Shown: positions 46,435 to 54,554, numbered from the stretch's first letter. The stretch is 64,000 nt of DNA from Minisyncoccota bacterium (GCA_041663045.1 JBAZRH010000001.1:148403-212402); one strand, 5' to 3'. The notes: generated from the sequence alone by a model not told the origin. Program-made: numbers and translations.

Positions 46435-49425
46435 TTATTTTATTATTTTAACAATTCCTTTATCCGCGTCCACCTCTACTATATCACCATCTTTTAAAAC
46501 TTTAGTGGCATTTTTTGTACCTATTATACAGGGTATATGTAACTCCCTTGATACAATGGCCGCATGGCAAGTGATACCTCCCTCATCTGTTATTATAGCA
46601 CCGGCTATTTTCATAGCAGGTACATAATCCGGCGTGGTCATAGAAGCAACCAAAATATCCCCCTTATTAATCTTAACAATATCTTTTGAAGATGAACATA
46701 CTTTTACAATTCCGGTTGTGATTCCAGAAGAAGCAGATCTACCTTTTAATTCTTTAACATTATCGCTTGATACAATAAGGTTGTATTTTTTAGCAAAAGC
46801 GATAGCTTTATCCCCAACAATCCATTCATATTTATGATCGTGAGATATTAGAATAGAATCTTTTGCTCTTTCTGATAACTCACCTTTAAGTCTATTATCC
46901 AAAACACCTGTTATGAGACTATCTTTAATTTCAAGTGGAGTAAGGAAATTAAAATGATCAGGGCTAATATCTAATCTCTTAGAAATCTCTGGTATAACCA
47001 CTAGTTGTAAGTGTGGGTGACTTTTTGTTTGAAATACTTTCTTTAAGTCTTGTAAATAGCCTAATTTGTGTGCAATATCTATAATTTTCTTTAATCTAGG
47101 TTCAAGATTTAATTTTATTAGTAATTCTTTTTGTCTTTGTCTTTTAAGTTTTAATTCGGCTGATCTTCTCTTTAATTCTTTTTCTGGGTCACCTTTTGAT
47201 AAGATATTTTTTATTTTATTTATAAAGTATTTTTTATCCCACAATACGCCCGTATTATATCCAAATGGTATTGATGAATATTCTTTAACATGTTTATCTA
47301 GCAATTTATCTATATTTGCAGGGATCTTTTTCAGAGAAATATTACCAGTCTTTTTAATCTTGTTAGAAATCTTTAGTATTTCTTCTTCCTCTTTACTTAA
47401 ATCATATGCATATGATAAAGATTCTATTAGAACAATCAGGTCATCCTTAGATATCTTCCTTTTTTCAACAGCGTCATCAAGCTCTTTTTCTAATGTAGGC
47501 ATTCCTACCCACCAGACAGGACAATTCTTTAAATGGAAATTTATATATCTCTCACAATATTCCGTATACTTCTCGGCGATGTATTTATTTGTTAGAGAAG
47601 AGAGTTTGTCTTTTGGAAAAGATCTTTCTATAAAGACCATTAGCGTGTCTTTCTGTTTTTCTGACCACTTTACTAGGTCATTTAACCACCCCTTTTCATC
47701 TAAACATTTATTGAGTATGATCTTTCCAATTGTTTCAAATTCACACTGAGAGTCTGTGGCCGTGGCGATATCTTCTCCTATCCAAGTATATATAGCCGAA
47801 TGAGCTCTTGCACCATACTCTTTTCTCATCTCATCTGTCCCGATATATTCTTGTGTAAAATTTGCAGGAAAAATCAGACAGGTCTTTTTAGGTCTTGCTC
47901 TTGAATTCAGTAGTTCACCGGATGGTTCGTATATATTATCTTCAGAAGCACTTACTAATCTTATCATTCCAGTATTTGCATCCACTTCCACCATATCGCC
48001 GTCTTTTAGTGTTTTGGATGCTGTTTGGGTGCCAATTATGCAAGGGATTTTCATTTCCCTTGATATAACAGAAGCATGACTCAATACGCCACCTTCATCC
48101 GTTATTATTGCAATGGCCTTTTGTAATAATGGCACATAGTCTGGTGTTGTTGAATGTGATACAAGAATATCTCCGCTTTGCATTTTTGGAAAATCTGTCT
48201 TTCTGTGTATTATACAGGCTTTTCCTGTAACTTTGCCTGGATAGGCTGTTTGGCCTTTTATTATCTTTGAATCATTTTCAACGTTTATGAGTTTAATCTT
48301 TTCTTTTGCTAATTTGATTATCGAACCGGAATATATTTCGGTACTCTTACCATCCGCATACATAATATAGCCAAGCTTTCTATCTTCTATAGTTTGTGAA
48401 TTCGCTCTAGTTGAAGTGTTTAACAAATTTATAATTTCCTTCGGTAAAAGATAGAAGATGTCTGCATGATTACTCAATCCGAGTCTTTTTGAAAGCTCTG
48501 TAAGAAAATCTTGAAGATATTGTGTATTTCTATAAAATCTTTCTGTTCTCCAGCTTCTAAAAAAGATAGCTTCCTGTAATATATTTATTAGATTTGGGAT
48601 TTTTGAATCTTCTCTTCCAAGGATTTCCTTGTATTTCTTTATTGACTCCGTTACCTTCTTTCTTTCATCTTTTATCTCCTTAAGCTTAGACTCTGGTTTT
48701 ATCTTAATCGCTGCCTCTACTTTTTCTAAGATTTCACTGGAAGAATAATACTGACCATCCATTGAAGCATTTTTTAGCCAACCAAACTCTAATATATGCT
48801 TTTCAATATCATCTTTAATATCTTTACCATCTCTTTTTTTAATTGCTATTTTAAGAATACTAATCTCCTCACTCTGTGAGGAACTCTGTTTCTCTGATGT
48901 GGAAATGACTTGAATAGCTTCGCTAGACTCTTGAGGGAGGACTTTGCGAATATTTGTAAAGATAGTATCTTCCAGATATTTCTCCATAGCCATCGGTAGT
49001 ATCATAAACGCCGAAGATTTCATTTGCTCTGAAGAGTAATCATCAAATAATTCTGCTAATTTTTTATCTTTTAATTCTGTAAAATTAGTTGTATTTATTT
49101 TCTTAATAATTTTCTCAATATTTGAATTAAGTTTGTAAGCTTTTTCAAACATCTCAATTATAAATTCTGGTCGTTTTTTGAATTCATTTAAAGATTTAAC
49201 AAGATTCTTATCCCAAGTGCTTTTCTCAAAAGCTAACTCTTGATCCAAATATATTATAGGGCTCATCTCATATGGAAAATCTAAGTCTTTGTTTGTATGG
49301 TGAGACAAACCTTCCCATAGCATATAAGTAAAAAGAGGAGTTCTGCTTCTCTTATGTATGAAATGCCACTTGAATTTTCCGAGCTTATCCAAGTCAAAAT
49401 TACCCTTATTTGCCGGCTCTATCAT
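46435..49425 (-). CDS. double-module PEP-utilising swivel domain protein (two N-domain + swivel units), paralog T; first gene of the array
   Basis: 996 aa; internal swivel approx nt 47960-48240 (ITDEGGVLSHASVISREMKIPCIIGTQTAS) and C-terminal swivel approx 46440-46720 ([30 protein letters not shown]). Confidence 0.8.
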   Translation of the reverse strand: MIEPANKGNFDLDKLGKFKWHFIHKRSRTPLFTYMLWEGLSHHTNKDLDFPYEMSPIIYLDQELAFEKSTWDKNLVKSLNEFKKRPEFIIEMFEKAYKLNSNIEKIIKKINTTNFTELKDKKLAELFDDYSSEQMKSSAFMILPMAMEKYLEDTIFTNIRKVLPQESSEAIQVISTSEKQSSSQSEEISILKIAIKKRDGKDIKDDIEKHILEFGWLKNASMDGQYYSSSEILEKVEAAIKIKPESKLKEIKDERKKVTESIKKYKEILGREDSKIPNLINILQEAIFFRSWRTERFYRNTQYLQDFLTELSKRLGLSNHADIFYLLPKEIINLLNTSTRANSQTIEDRKLGYIMYADGKSTEIYSGSIIKLAKEKIKLINVENDSKIIKGQTAYPGKVTGKACIIHRKTDFPKMQSGDILVSHSTTPDYVPLLQKAIAIITDEGGVLSHASVISREMKIPCIIGTQTASKTLKDGDMVEVDANTGMIRLVSASEDNIYEPSGELLNSRARPKKTCLIFPANFTQEYIGTDEMRKEYGARAHSAIYTWIGEDIATATDSQCEFETIGKIILNKCLDEKGWLNDLVKWSEKQKDTLMVFIERSFPKDKLSSLTNKYIAEKYTEYCERYINFHLKNCPVWWVGMPTLEKELDDAVEKRKISKDDLIVLIESLSYAYDLSKEEEEILKISNKIKKTGNISLKKIPANIDKLLDKHVKEYSSIPFGYNTGVLWDKKYFINKIKNILSKGDPEKELKRRSAELKLKRQRQKELLIKLNLEPRLKKIIDIAHKLGYLQDLKKVFQTKSHPHLQLVVIPEISKRLDISPDHFNFLTPLEIKDSLITGVLDNRLKGELSERAKDSILISHDHKYEWIVGDKAIAFAKKYNLIVSSDNVKELKGRSASSGITTGIVKVCSSSKDIVKINKGDILVASMTTPDYVPAMKIAGAIITDEGGITCHAAIVSRELHIPCIIGTKNATKVLKDGDIVEVDADKGIVKIIK

Positions 49426-49534
49426 TGGTTTTAATGGTACCAGAAAACACCTTGTTTGAAAAGCCAGATTATTTAGAGGTTGCGTACGTTTATATTTATA
49501 GAAAACGTATATTGTTTAAAATCTTCAGTTCTGA

Positions 49535-49768
49535 TTAACCCTGCATTATCTTCCTCAATTCGTCCTGGTGTTCACGCATAACCTCCATAGCGGCAGAAGT
49601 CTGATCTTTTCCTTCTTTTTGTTTTTGCTCGATTTTCTTGGCGATATCCTCAAAGAATTGCGGATTCTTTTCTATTGCAGAAATTATTTTTTCTTGCTGT
49701 TCCGGCGGAACGCCTTTCATCTGCGACTTCAACATCTGCTTCATCATTAAATTTTTGAAAAATCCCAT
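49535..49768 (-). CDS. small hypothetical protein (77 aa, Met/Lys/Gln-rich)
   Basis: intact ORF with helical, charged sequence; no family recognised. Confidence 0.35.
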   Translation of the reverse strand: MGFFKNLMMKQMLKSQMKGVPPEQQEKIISAIEKNPQFFEDIAKKIEQKQKEGKDQTSAAMEVMREHQDELRKIMQG

Positions 49769-49854
49769 AAAATAAGTTAAAAGTTATTAAGTTGTAAAGC
49801 TCATAAAGTTTACGATGAAAATATCTAAAAAGCAAATTAGTGTCTTTCTGCAAA

Positions 49855-49967
49855 GTAAACGAGCGAAGGCACAGCTTTTAAAAAGCATTGCACAGGCCGA
49901 CGGGCCGAGCATAGCAAAAAGTCAGCAGACTTTTATGCGCGGTTTTTAAAAGCTGTGCCGAGCGAGT
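49855..49967. repeat. 113-nt palindromic structured element, copy B (inverted relative to copy A)
   Basis: Reverse complement reads CTCGCTC-GGCACAGCTTTTAAAAA-(core with CCGCGCATAA / TCTGCTGA / TTTGCT)-TTTTTAAAAGCTGTGCC-TTCGCTCGTTTACT. Same architecture as 6308-6420, with a different but internally complementary stem. Confidence 0.6.
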
Positions 49968-49969
49968 CT

Positions 49970-51208
49970 TTATTCGTACCTGAGTGCCTCCATCGGACTC
50001 TTTTTTGAAGCTTGTCTTGCCGGATATATTCCGAATATAAGCCCGACCAAACTCGCTACAAGCAAACCGAGTATTGCTGCGCCTATTGGGAAAGTATATT
50101 GCCAGTTTAGCCCACCGACATTTTTTATCAATACCGTGGCGATTATTGAAAGCACTGAACCGAGTATTATTCCTATCAAACCTCCTGTTGCGGTAAGTAT
50201 CACAGCTTCAAGCAAGAATTGAGTGAGAATATCTTTATTTGTCGCTCCGATGGCTTTTCTCAAACCGATTTCTTTTGTCCTTTCGGTCACGGATACAAGC
50301 ATAATATTCATAATTCCAATACCTCCGACCACCAGTGAAATCGCCGCGACTGCCGACAAGAAAATCGTCAGCGTATTGAATACCGTGCCGAGTTTTTCCG
50401 CCACTTCCGCCGGAGTTGAGACATAAAAGTCGTCTTTTGTCGGATCGGTAATATTGTGCAAATTTCTCAAAGTGATTCTTATATCACTCGAGGTCTTTTC
50501 CAAATTAACTTCGGAATCCGTCTCGACTATAAGTCTATTAAAATATTTTGTGCCGGTCAGATATCTCTGGGCTGTGGTGTATGGTGTGAGAGCAGCTTCA
50601 TCGAAGCTTATAAAAGACGAGCTGCCCTTCTTTGGTAAAACCCCGATGACCTTGAATGTTGTGTTCTTAATCCTAATCTTCTGTCCAACAGCTTCGTCAT
50701 TTCCAAATAGCTTGTCTTTGGCTTTGTAGCCGAGGACGACCACAGTCGCTCCGCTTCGGACATCGTCGTCTGTATAGAAGACCCCTTTCTCTGGTTGCGC
50801 ATCGAATATTTTTTCTAAAAGCTCTGTACCACCAAAAATAGAAATGCCATATTTTTCATTTTGATATATGGCGTTTGCTGAACCGAAAACCACAGGCATT
50901 ACATATTGAGCGTTTGGAACATTTGTCTTTTGTTTTAGTGCATTCATTTCTCTCTCCTTCAATGAATCTGAAAATAAAGTCGATAGATCACTCATGCCCG
51001 ACGGTTCTTTACCAGGCAAAATAGCGATAGTTTTTGCACCAAGACCTTGTATTTGACCGATAATCAAATCTTTGGCTCCTTGCCCCAAAGACATTATCAA
51101 AATAATGGAGGTAATGCCGATCACTATACCGGTAATAGTAAGAGCCGAACGAGATTTATGCGTTCGTAGCCCTGTTATCGCTGTTTTTAAACTGAATTTT
51201 AATTTCAT
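49970..51208 (-). CDS. ABC transporter permease, MacB/FtsX-like
   Basis: 412 aa; N-terminal TM, large periplasmic domain, C-terminal FtsX-type 3-TM bundle (GIGIMNIMLVSVTERTKEIGLRKAIGA). Confidence 0.8.
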   Translation of the reverse strand: MKLKFSLKTAITGLRTHKSRSALTITGIVIGITSIILIMSLGQGAKDLIIGQIQGLGAKTIAILPGKEPSGMSDLSTLFSDSLKEREMNALKQKTNVPNAQYVMPVVFGSANAIYQNEKYGISIFGGTELLEKIFDAQPEKGVFYTDDDVRSGATVVVLGYKAKDKLFGNDEAVGQKIRIKNTTFKVIGVLPKKGSSSFISFDEAALTPYTTAQRYLTGTKYFNRLIVETDSEVNLEKTSSDIRITLRNLHNITDPTKDDFYVSTPAEVAEKLGTVFNTLTIFLSAVAAISLVVGGIGIMNIMLVSVTERTKEIGLRKAIGATNKDILTQFLLEAVILTATGGLIGIILGSVLSIIATVLIKNVGGLNWQYTFPIGAAILGLLVASLVGLIFGIYPARQASKKSPMEALRYE

Positions 51209-51220
51209 TCTATTATAAGA

Positions 51221-51940
51221 TTATTTAACGAACTCATCTTTGTGAGTCCTTCTGTTTTCTACTTTTATATCGCTTTCAACTTGCCCATCCATAAGTCTTA
51301 TAATTCTCTCTGCATATTCTGCGGTATATGTTTCGTGCGTGATAAGGATAATAGTGTGGCCGAGCTCTTTATTTAATTTCTGTATTATTTCGATAATAGA
51401 CTTTCCGGATTTTGAGTCCAAGTTTCCGGTCGGTTCATCGGCAAAAATAACTTCCGGAGAGTTGACCAAGGCGCGAGCGATAGCCACCCTCTGCTTTTCA
51501 CCTCCAGAGAGCTGGGTCGCCTCGTGATTCATCCTGTGTTCAAGCCCGACAGCTATGACCGCATTTCTCGCAAGGGTTTCCCATTCTTTTTCCGGCTTAT
51601 CAGAATATACAAGGGGGAGTTTGACATTTTCTAGCACCGTAGCCCTCGGCAAAAGATTGAAGGATTGAAAGACAAAACCCATTTCTTTATTTCTCATCTT
51701 CGCCACCTCTTCCTGATTGTATTTTTTGATATCTTTATCAAGGAAAATGTATGTGCCAGTAGTGTGGTCATCGAGAAGCCCGAGTATTTGCAAAAGTGTG
51801 GATTTGCCTGAACCGGATGGCCCCATAATCGCCACAAATTCACCCTTTTTGATATCAAGAGATACACCGCATAAGGCCTCGGTTTTAACCCCGTCATTTT
51901 CATAGACTTTCCACAGGTTTTCTATTTTTATGAAGGACAC
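51221..51940 (-). CDS. ABC transporter ATP-binding protein (MacB/LolD-type)
   Basis: 239 aa; Walker [10 protein letters not shown], signature [15 protein letters not shown], Walker [13 protein letters not shown]. Confidence 0.85.
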   Translation of the reverse strand: MSFIKIENLWKVYENDGVKTEALCGVSLDIKKGEFVAIMGPSGSGKSTLLQILGLLDDHTTGTYIFLDKDIKKYNQEEVAKMRNKEMGFVFQSFNLLPRATVLENVKLPLVYSDKPEKEWETLARNAVIAVGLEHRMNHEATQLSGGEKQRVAIARALVNSPEVIFADEPTGNLDSKSGKSIIEIIQKLNKELGHTIILITHETYTAEYAERIIRLMDGQVESDIKVENRRTHKDEFVK

Positions 51941-51949
51941 GATTTAAGA

Positions 51950-53527
51950 TTAAATACTTGGAGAAGCGACGACTTTTTCCCCATCAGTGATTCCGGAAAG
52001 GATTTCTATATATCCATCCACCCCACGCAGACCCGTCTTGACTTCCCTTTCCGTAATATTTTTAGGATTTTGTGGATCGACGATATTTACAAACTTTTTA
52101 TTGTCGAGCGCGTAGACAGACCTTGTCGGGACAGACAAAACAGATTCTTTTTGACCGGTGATTATGTCGAGGTTGGCTGTCATGCCGGATTTTATGCGAT
52201 CGTCTTTTGTTACAAACTTGAATGTGACTTTATAAGTTGAAACACCGTCTATAGTGGTTTCAGCTGGATCTATTTTTATTACAGTAGTATCGAAAAAAGT
52301 ATCAGAACCGTAGGCATCGAGCGTGGTAGAAGCCATATCCCCTATTTCTATTTTTGCTATATCAGCTTCGGCGACAAAAGATTCAACTTCGTATTCTCCG
52401 TATGAGATGACGGAGATTGCTGTCTTGCCTGCTTGTATGACTTCGCCGACTTTTGCGGGAATACTGGTTATTATACCGTTTATAGGCGATCTGATTACGG
52501 ATTTTGCCAATTGGGCATATGCATTGTCGAGGACGGATTTGGCTTGATCCACAAGGGCTTCTTTTGACGATATTTCTTCGGAAGTTGCGCTGGACTTTGT
52601 AAGTATGAGCTGGTTTTCAGCGATTTTGAGAGCAGACTCCGAGATTTTATATTGATTTACAGAAGATGCCAAAGCACTTATCGCTGTGCTTATAGCTGTC
52701 CTTGCAGTTGAGACCGCACTTTTATATGTGTCTATACTTGTCTGTGTCAGGCTTGAATCGGCTGTACTTAAACTATTTACAGCGAGAGCTACTTTATCTA
52801 AAAAGCCTTTTATAGTGTTGAGATTGTCTTTTGCCAATTTTGATTTTCCATCAACAGAAATATTTTGATCGGTGAGTGAATTATCCCATGAGGTTAGCAA
52901 AGCTTCTGTATTCGCTCTGCCCTGTTCAATATCTATTTTCAATTGGAAATTGTTTATATTGAATTTGAGCTCAACATTCTGTGCGCGCGGATTATCAAAA
53001 ATCTGATCGATTTTGTTTCTGATAGAGTCGTCTGATTTTGTGTATGAATCTATAGAAGTATCATTTAATGCTTTTTCACTTTCGATTAAGTCGATTTTTG
53101 TCTTCTCTACCTGGGATTCTTGCAGAGCGATCTGTTCCGGAGTCGAGCCTTTCATGGTTGCACTCAGATTGGCCTCGGCGTTTTTCAAACCAGCTTTTGC
53201 TTGCTCTACTTGTGCGAGAAGATCCCCATTTGACACAGAAGCCAAATATTGAGAGTCGTATACCCTATCTCCTACCGATACTGAAATATCGCTCACTCTG
53301 CCGGTTGTTTCAAAAGATAAATCAACATCGGAAAACGGCTTTACATTGCCTGTTGTGCTTACAACCTCTTTGATATTGTGTCTCTCGACGACGACTGTTT
53401 CTATCGGGGTCGTTTTTGATTTTGCAAATATAATTATAAGGATAATAACTACCACCACCGAGACAGCAATGGCCCACCATTTATTGGATAATATAAAGCT
53501 CTTAACTTTAGTAAAAATATTTTTCAT
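51950..53527 (-). CDS. periplasmic adaptor subunit (HlyD/MacA-like membrane fusion protein)
   Basis: 525 aa; N-terminal TM anchor, long coiled-coil segment, C-terminal beta-barrel-like region; directly upstream of ABC ATPase/permease. Confidence 0.65.
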   Translation of the reverse strand: MKNIFTKVKSFILSNKWWAIAVSVVVVIILIIIFAKSKTTPIETVVVERHNIKEVVSTTGNVKPFSDVDLSFETTGRVSDISVSVGDRVYDSQYLASVSNGDLLAQVEQAKAGLKNAEANLSATMKGSTPEQIALQESQVEKTKIDLIESEKALNDTSIDSYTKSDDSIRNKIDQIFDNPRAQNVELKFNINNFQLKIDIEQGRANTEALLTSWDNSLTDQNISVDGKSKLAKDNLNTIKGFLDKVALAVNSLSTADSSLTQTSIDTYKSAVSTARTAISTAISALASSVNQYKISESALKIAENQLILTKSSATSEEISSKEALVDQAKSVLDNAYAQLAKSVIRSPINGIITSIPAKVGEVIQAGKTAISVISYGEYEVESFVAEADIAKIEIGDMASTTLDAYGSDTFFDTTVIKIDPAETTIDGVSTYKVTFKFVTKDDRIKSGMTANLDIITGQKESVLSVPTRSVYALDNKKFVNIVDPQNPKNITEREVKTGLRGVDGYIEILSGITDGEKVVASPSI

Positions 53528-53577
53528 ACTTTTATTCTAACACAAAAAAGATGTTTGATAAGCATGTACTAATTTTG

Positions 53578-53651
53578 TGGGCAATACAGGGTTCGAACCT
53601 GTGACCTCACGAATGTGAATCGTGCGCTCTAACCAACTGAGCTAATTGCCC
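53578..53651 (-). tRNA. tRNA-Val (anticodon CAC)
   Basis: Minus-strand GGGCAAT TA GCTC AGTTGGTTA GAGC G CACGA TTCACAT TCGTG AGGTC ACAGG TTCGAAC CCTGT ATTGCCC A. Clean cloverleaf; CCA not encoded. Confidence 0.8.
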
Positions 53652-53730
53652 GTACGATAATTTATATCACAAAAGGCTTCTAAATTCTATTTTGATTTTT
53701 AGTATTAAATAAGCTATACTCCTCCGAGTT

Positions 53731-53803
53731 GGGCCGCTAGCTCATTTGGTAGAGCGCATCCATGGCATGGATGAGGCGACCGGTTCGATCCCGGTGCGGT
53801 CCA
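53731..53803 (+). tRNA. tRNA-Ala (anticodon GGC)
   Basis: GGGCCGC/GCGGTCC acceptor stem with G3:U70 Ala identity pair; anticodon arm CATCC-ATGGCAT-GGATG; T-arm ACCGG TTCGATC CCGGT. Confidence 0.8.
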
Positions 53804-53992
53804 CAAGCAAAAATCATTATCGATTTTTGTGGACCGCAGCAAGCAAACTGCTTTGCTTGCGACCGGGATCGAAAGGATTTTTTAATATTTTTTAGAAATT
53901 CTGATTTTTAAAAAATCAAGAAATCACCCGCTGCGGTAGGCAGAGATACCCGGTGCAGTTCACATTTCGTGATACACAAGATACGTTTATTT

Positions 53993-54063
53993 GGGCCTAT
54001 AGTCTAGTGGTACGACGCGTCATTCGCATTGACGAAGCGGCGGTCCGACTCCGCCTAGGTCCA
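53993..54063 (+). tRNA. tRNA-Ala (anticodon CGC), 71 nt
   Basis: GGGCCTA/TAGGTCC acceptor with G3:U70; anticodon arm CGTCA-TTCGCAT-TGACG; T-arm GGCGG TCCGACT CCGCC; D-arm slightly irregular. Confidence 0.65.
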
Positions 54064-54229
54064 CAAAGGTTAAAAATCGCAACTGCTTGCGATTTTTTAC
54101 ACTTTGTGGAAGACGCAGCTATATTTTTGTTTTATGTAATAAAGGCGAAAATAGCGAGCCGGGGTCGCGAGATTTTTCTGTCAGGAAAAATACTTGTGAC
54201 CACAAGATTGTGATACAATATCGATCATA

Positions 54230-54303
54230 CGGGGTGTCGTATAGTGGTAGTATACACGTTTCGGGTACGTGAAGCCTGAGTTCGATTCTCAGCACCCCGA
54301 CCA
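54230..54303 (+). tRNA. tRNA-Pro (anticodon CGG), CCA encoded
   Basis: CGGGGTG/CACCCCG acceptor with C1:G72 (bacterial Pro identity), anticodon arm CACGT-TTCGGGT-ACGTG, T-arm CTGAG TTCGATT CTCAG, 3' ACCA. Confidence 0.7.
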
Positions 54304-54328
54304 ATTTAAAGAATATCTAAGGTCTTTT

Positions 54329-54514
54329 TTATTTACCCTTTTTCGTCTTTCTTTTTGATGTTAACTCTTCCTTGTTTTCTTGTATAAATTTTTTACCTCT
54401 ATCACAATAAATACAAGGACCACCATCTTGGCAGTACTGGCACTGGTCTTTTTCTTGCACTGGGATATTTTGACTCCCTATTTCAAATTCTGGTAAAAAT
54501 GGTTGATTTTCCAT
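54329..54514 (-). CDS. small Cys-rich protein (zinc-ribbon-like, 61 aa)
   Basis: CQYCQDGGPCIYCDRGKK: four Cys in CxxC...CxxC arrangement, basic C-terminal tail. Confidence 0.4.
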   Translation of the reverse strand: MENQPFLPEFEIGSQNIPVQEKDQCQYCQDGGPCIYCDRGKKFIQENKEELTSKRKTKKGK

Positions 54515-54554
54515 AAAATTAAAACAAATACTTATAACTGCTTGTATTATAACA

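Noticed and set aside
13107-46627. Plus-strand ORFs antisense to the swivel-domain segments. Examples: 13107-13409, 23715-23918, 30546-30746, 31531-32004, 34423-34629, 35503-35889, 40152-40553, 43791-44384, 46394-46627. All read ...[35 protein letters not shown](A/E)TIAAWQVxPPSSV...
   Set aside because: Their apparent conservation across copies is just the mirror image of the conserved sense-strand swivel domain. They overlap strongly supported minus-strand genes, have no RBS or start context, and their conservation pattern follows the sense frame's codon positions.
47066-47749. 227-aa plus-strand ORF inside the double-module swivel gene
   Set aside because: Antisense to a continuous 996-aa ORF with two recognisable domains. 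The translation is Ser/Phe/Leu-rich low complexity.
13172-49425. Whether the regularly spaced conserved ~280-nt blocks every 1.0-1.5 kb could be a CRISPR array or other non-coding tandem repeat
   Set aside because: Repeat units are imperfect, 280 nt long, embedded in long ORFs, and conserved at the protein level (substitutions concentrated at synonymous positions). No short direct repeats or spacers.
53953-54304. Small ORFs (53953-54213, 54087-54272, 54119-54304) overlapping the tRNA-Ala(CGC)/tRNA-Pro region
   Set aside because: They overlap confidently folded tRNA genes and their terminator hairpins. The translations are low-complexity with no start context.
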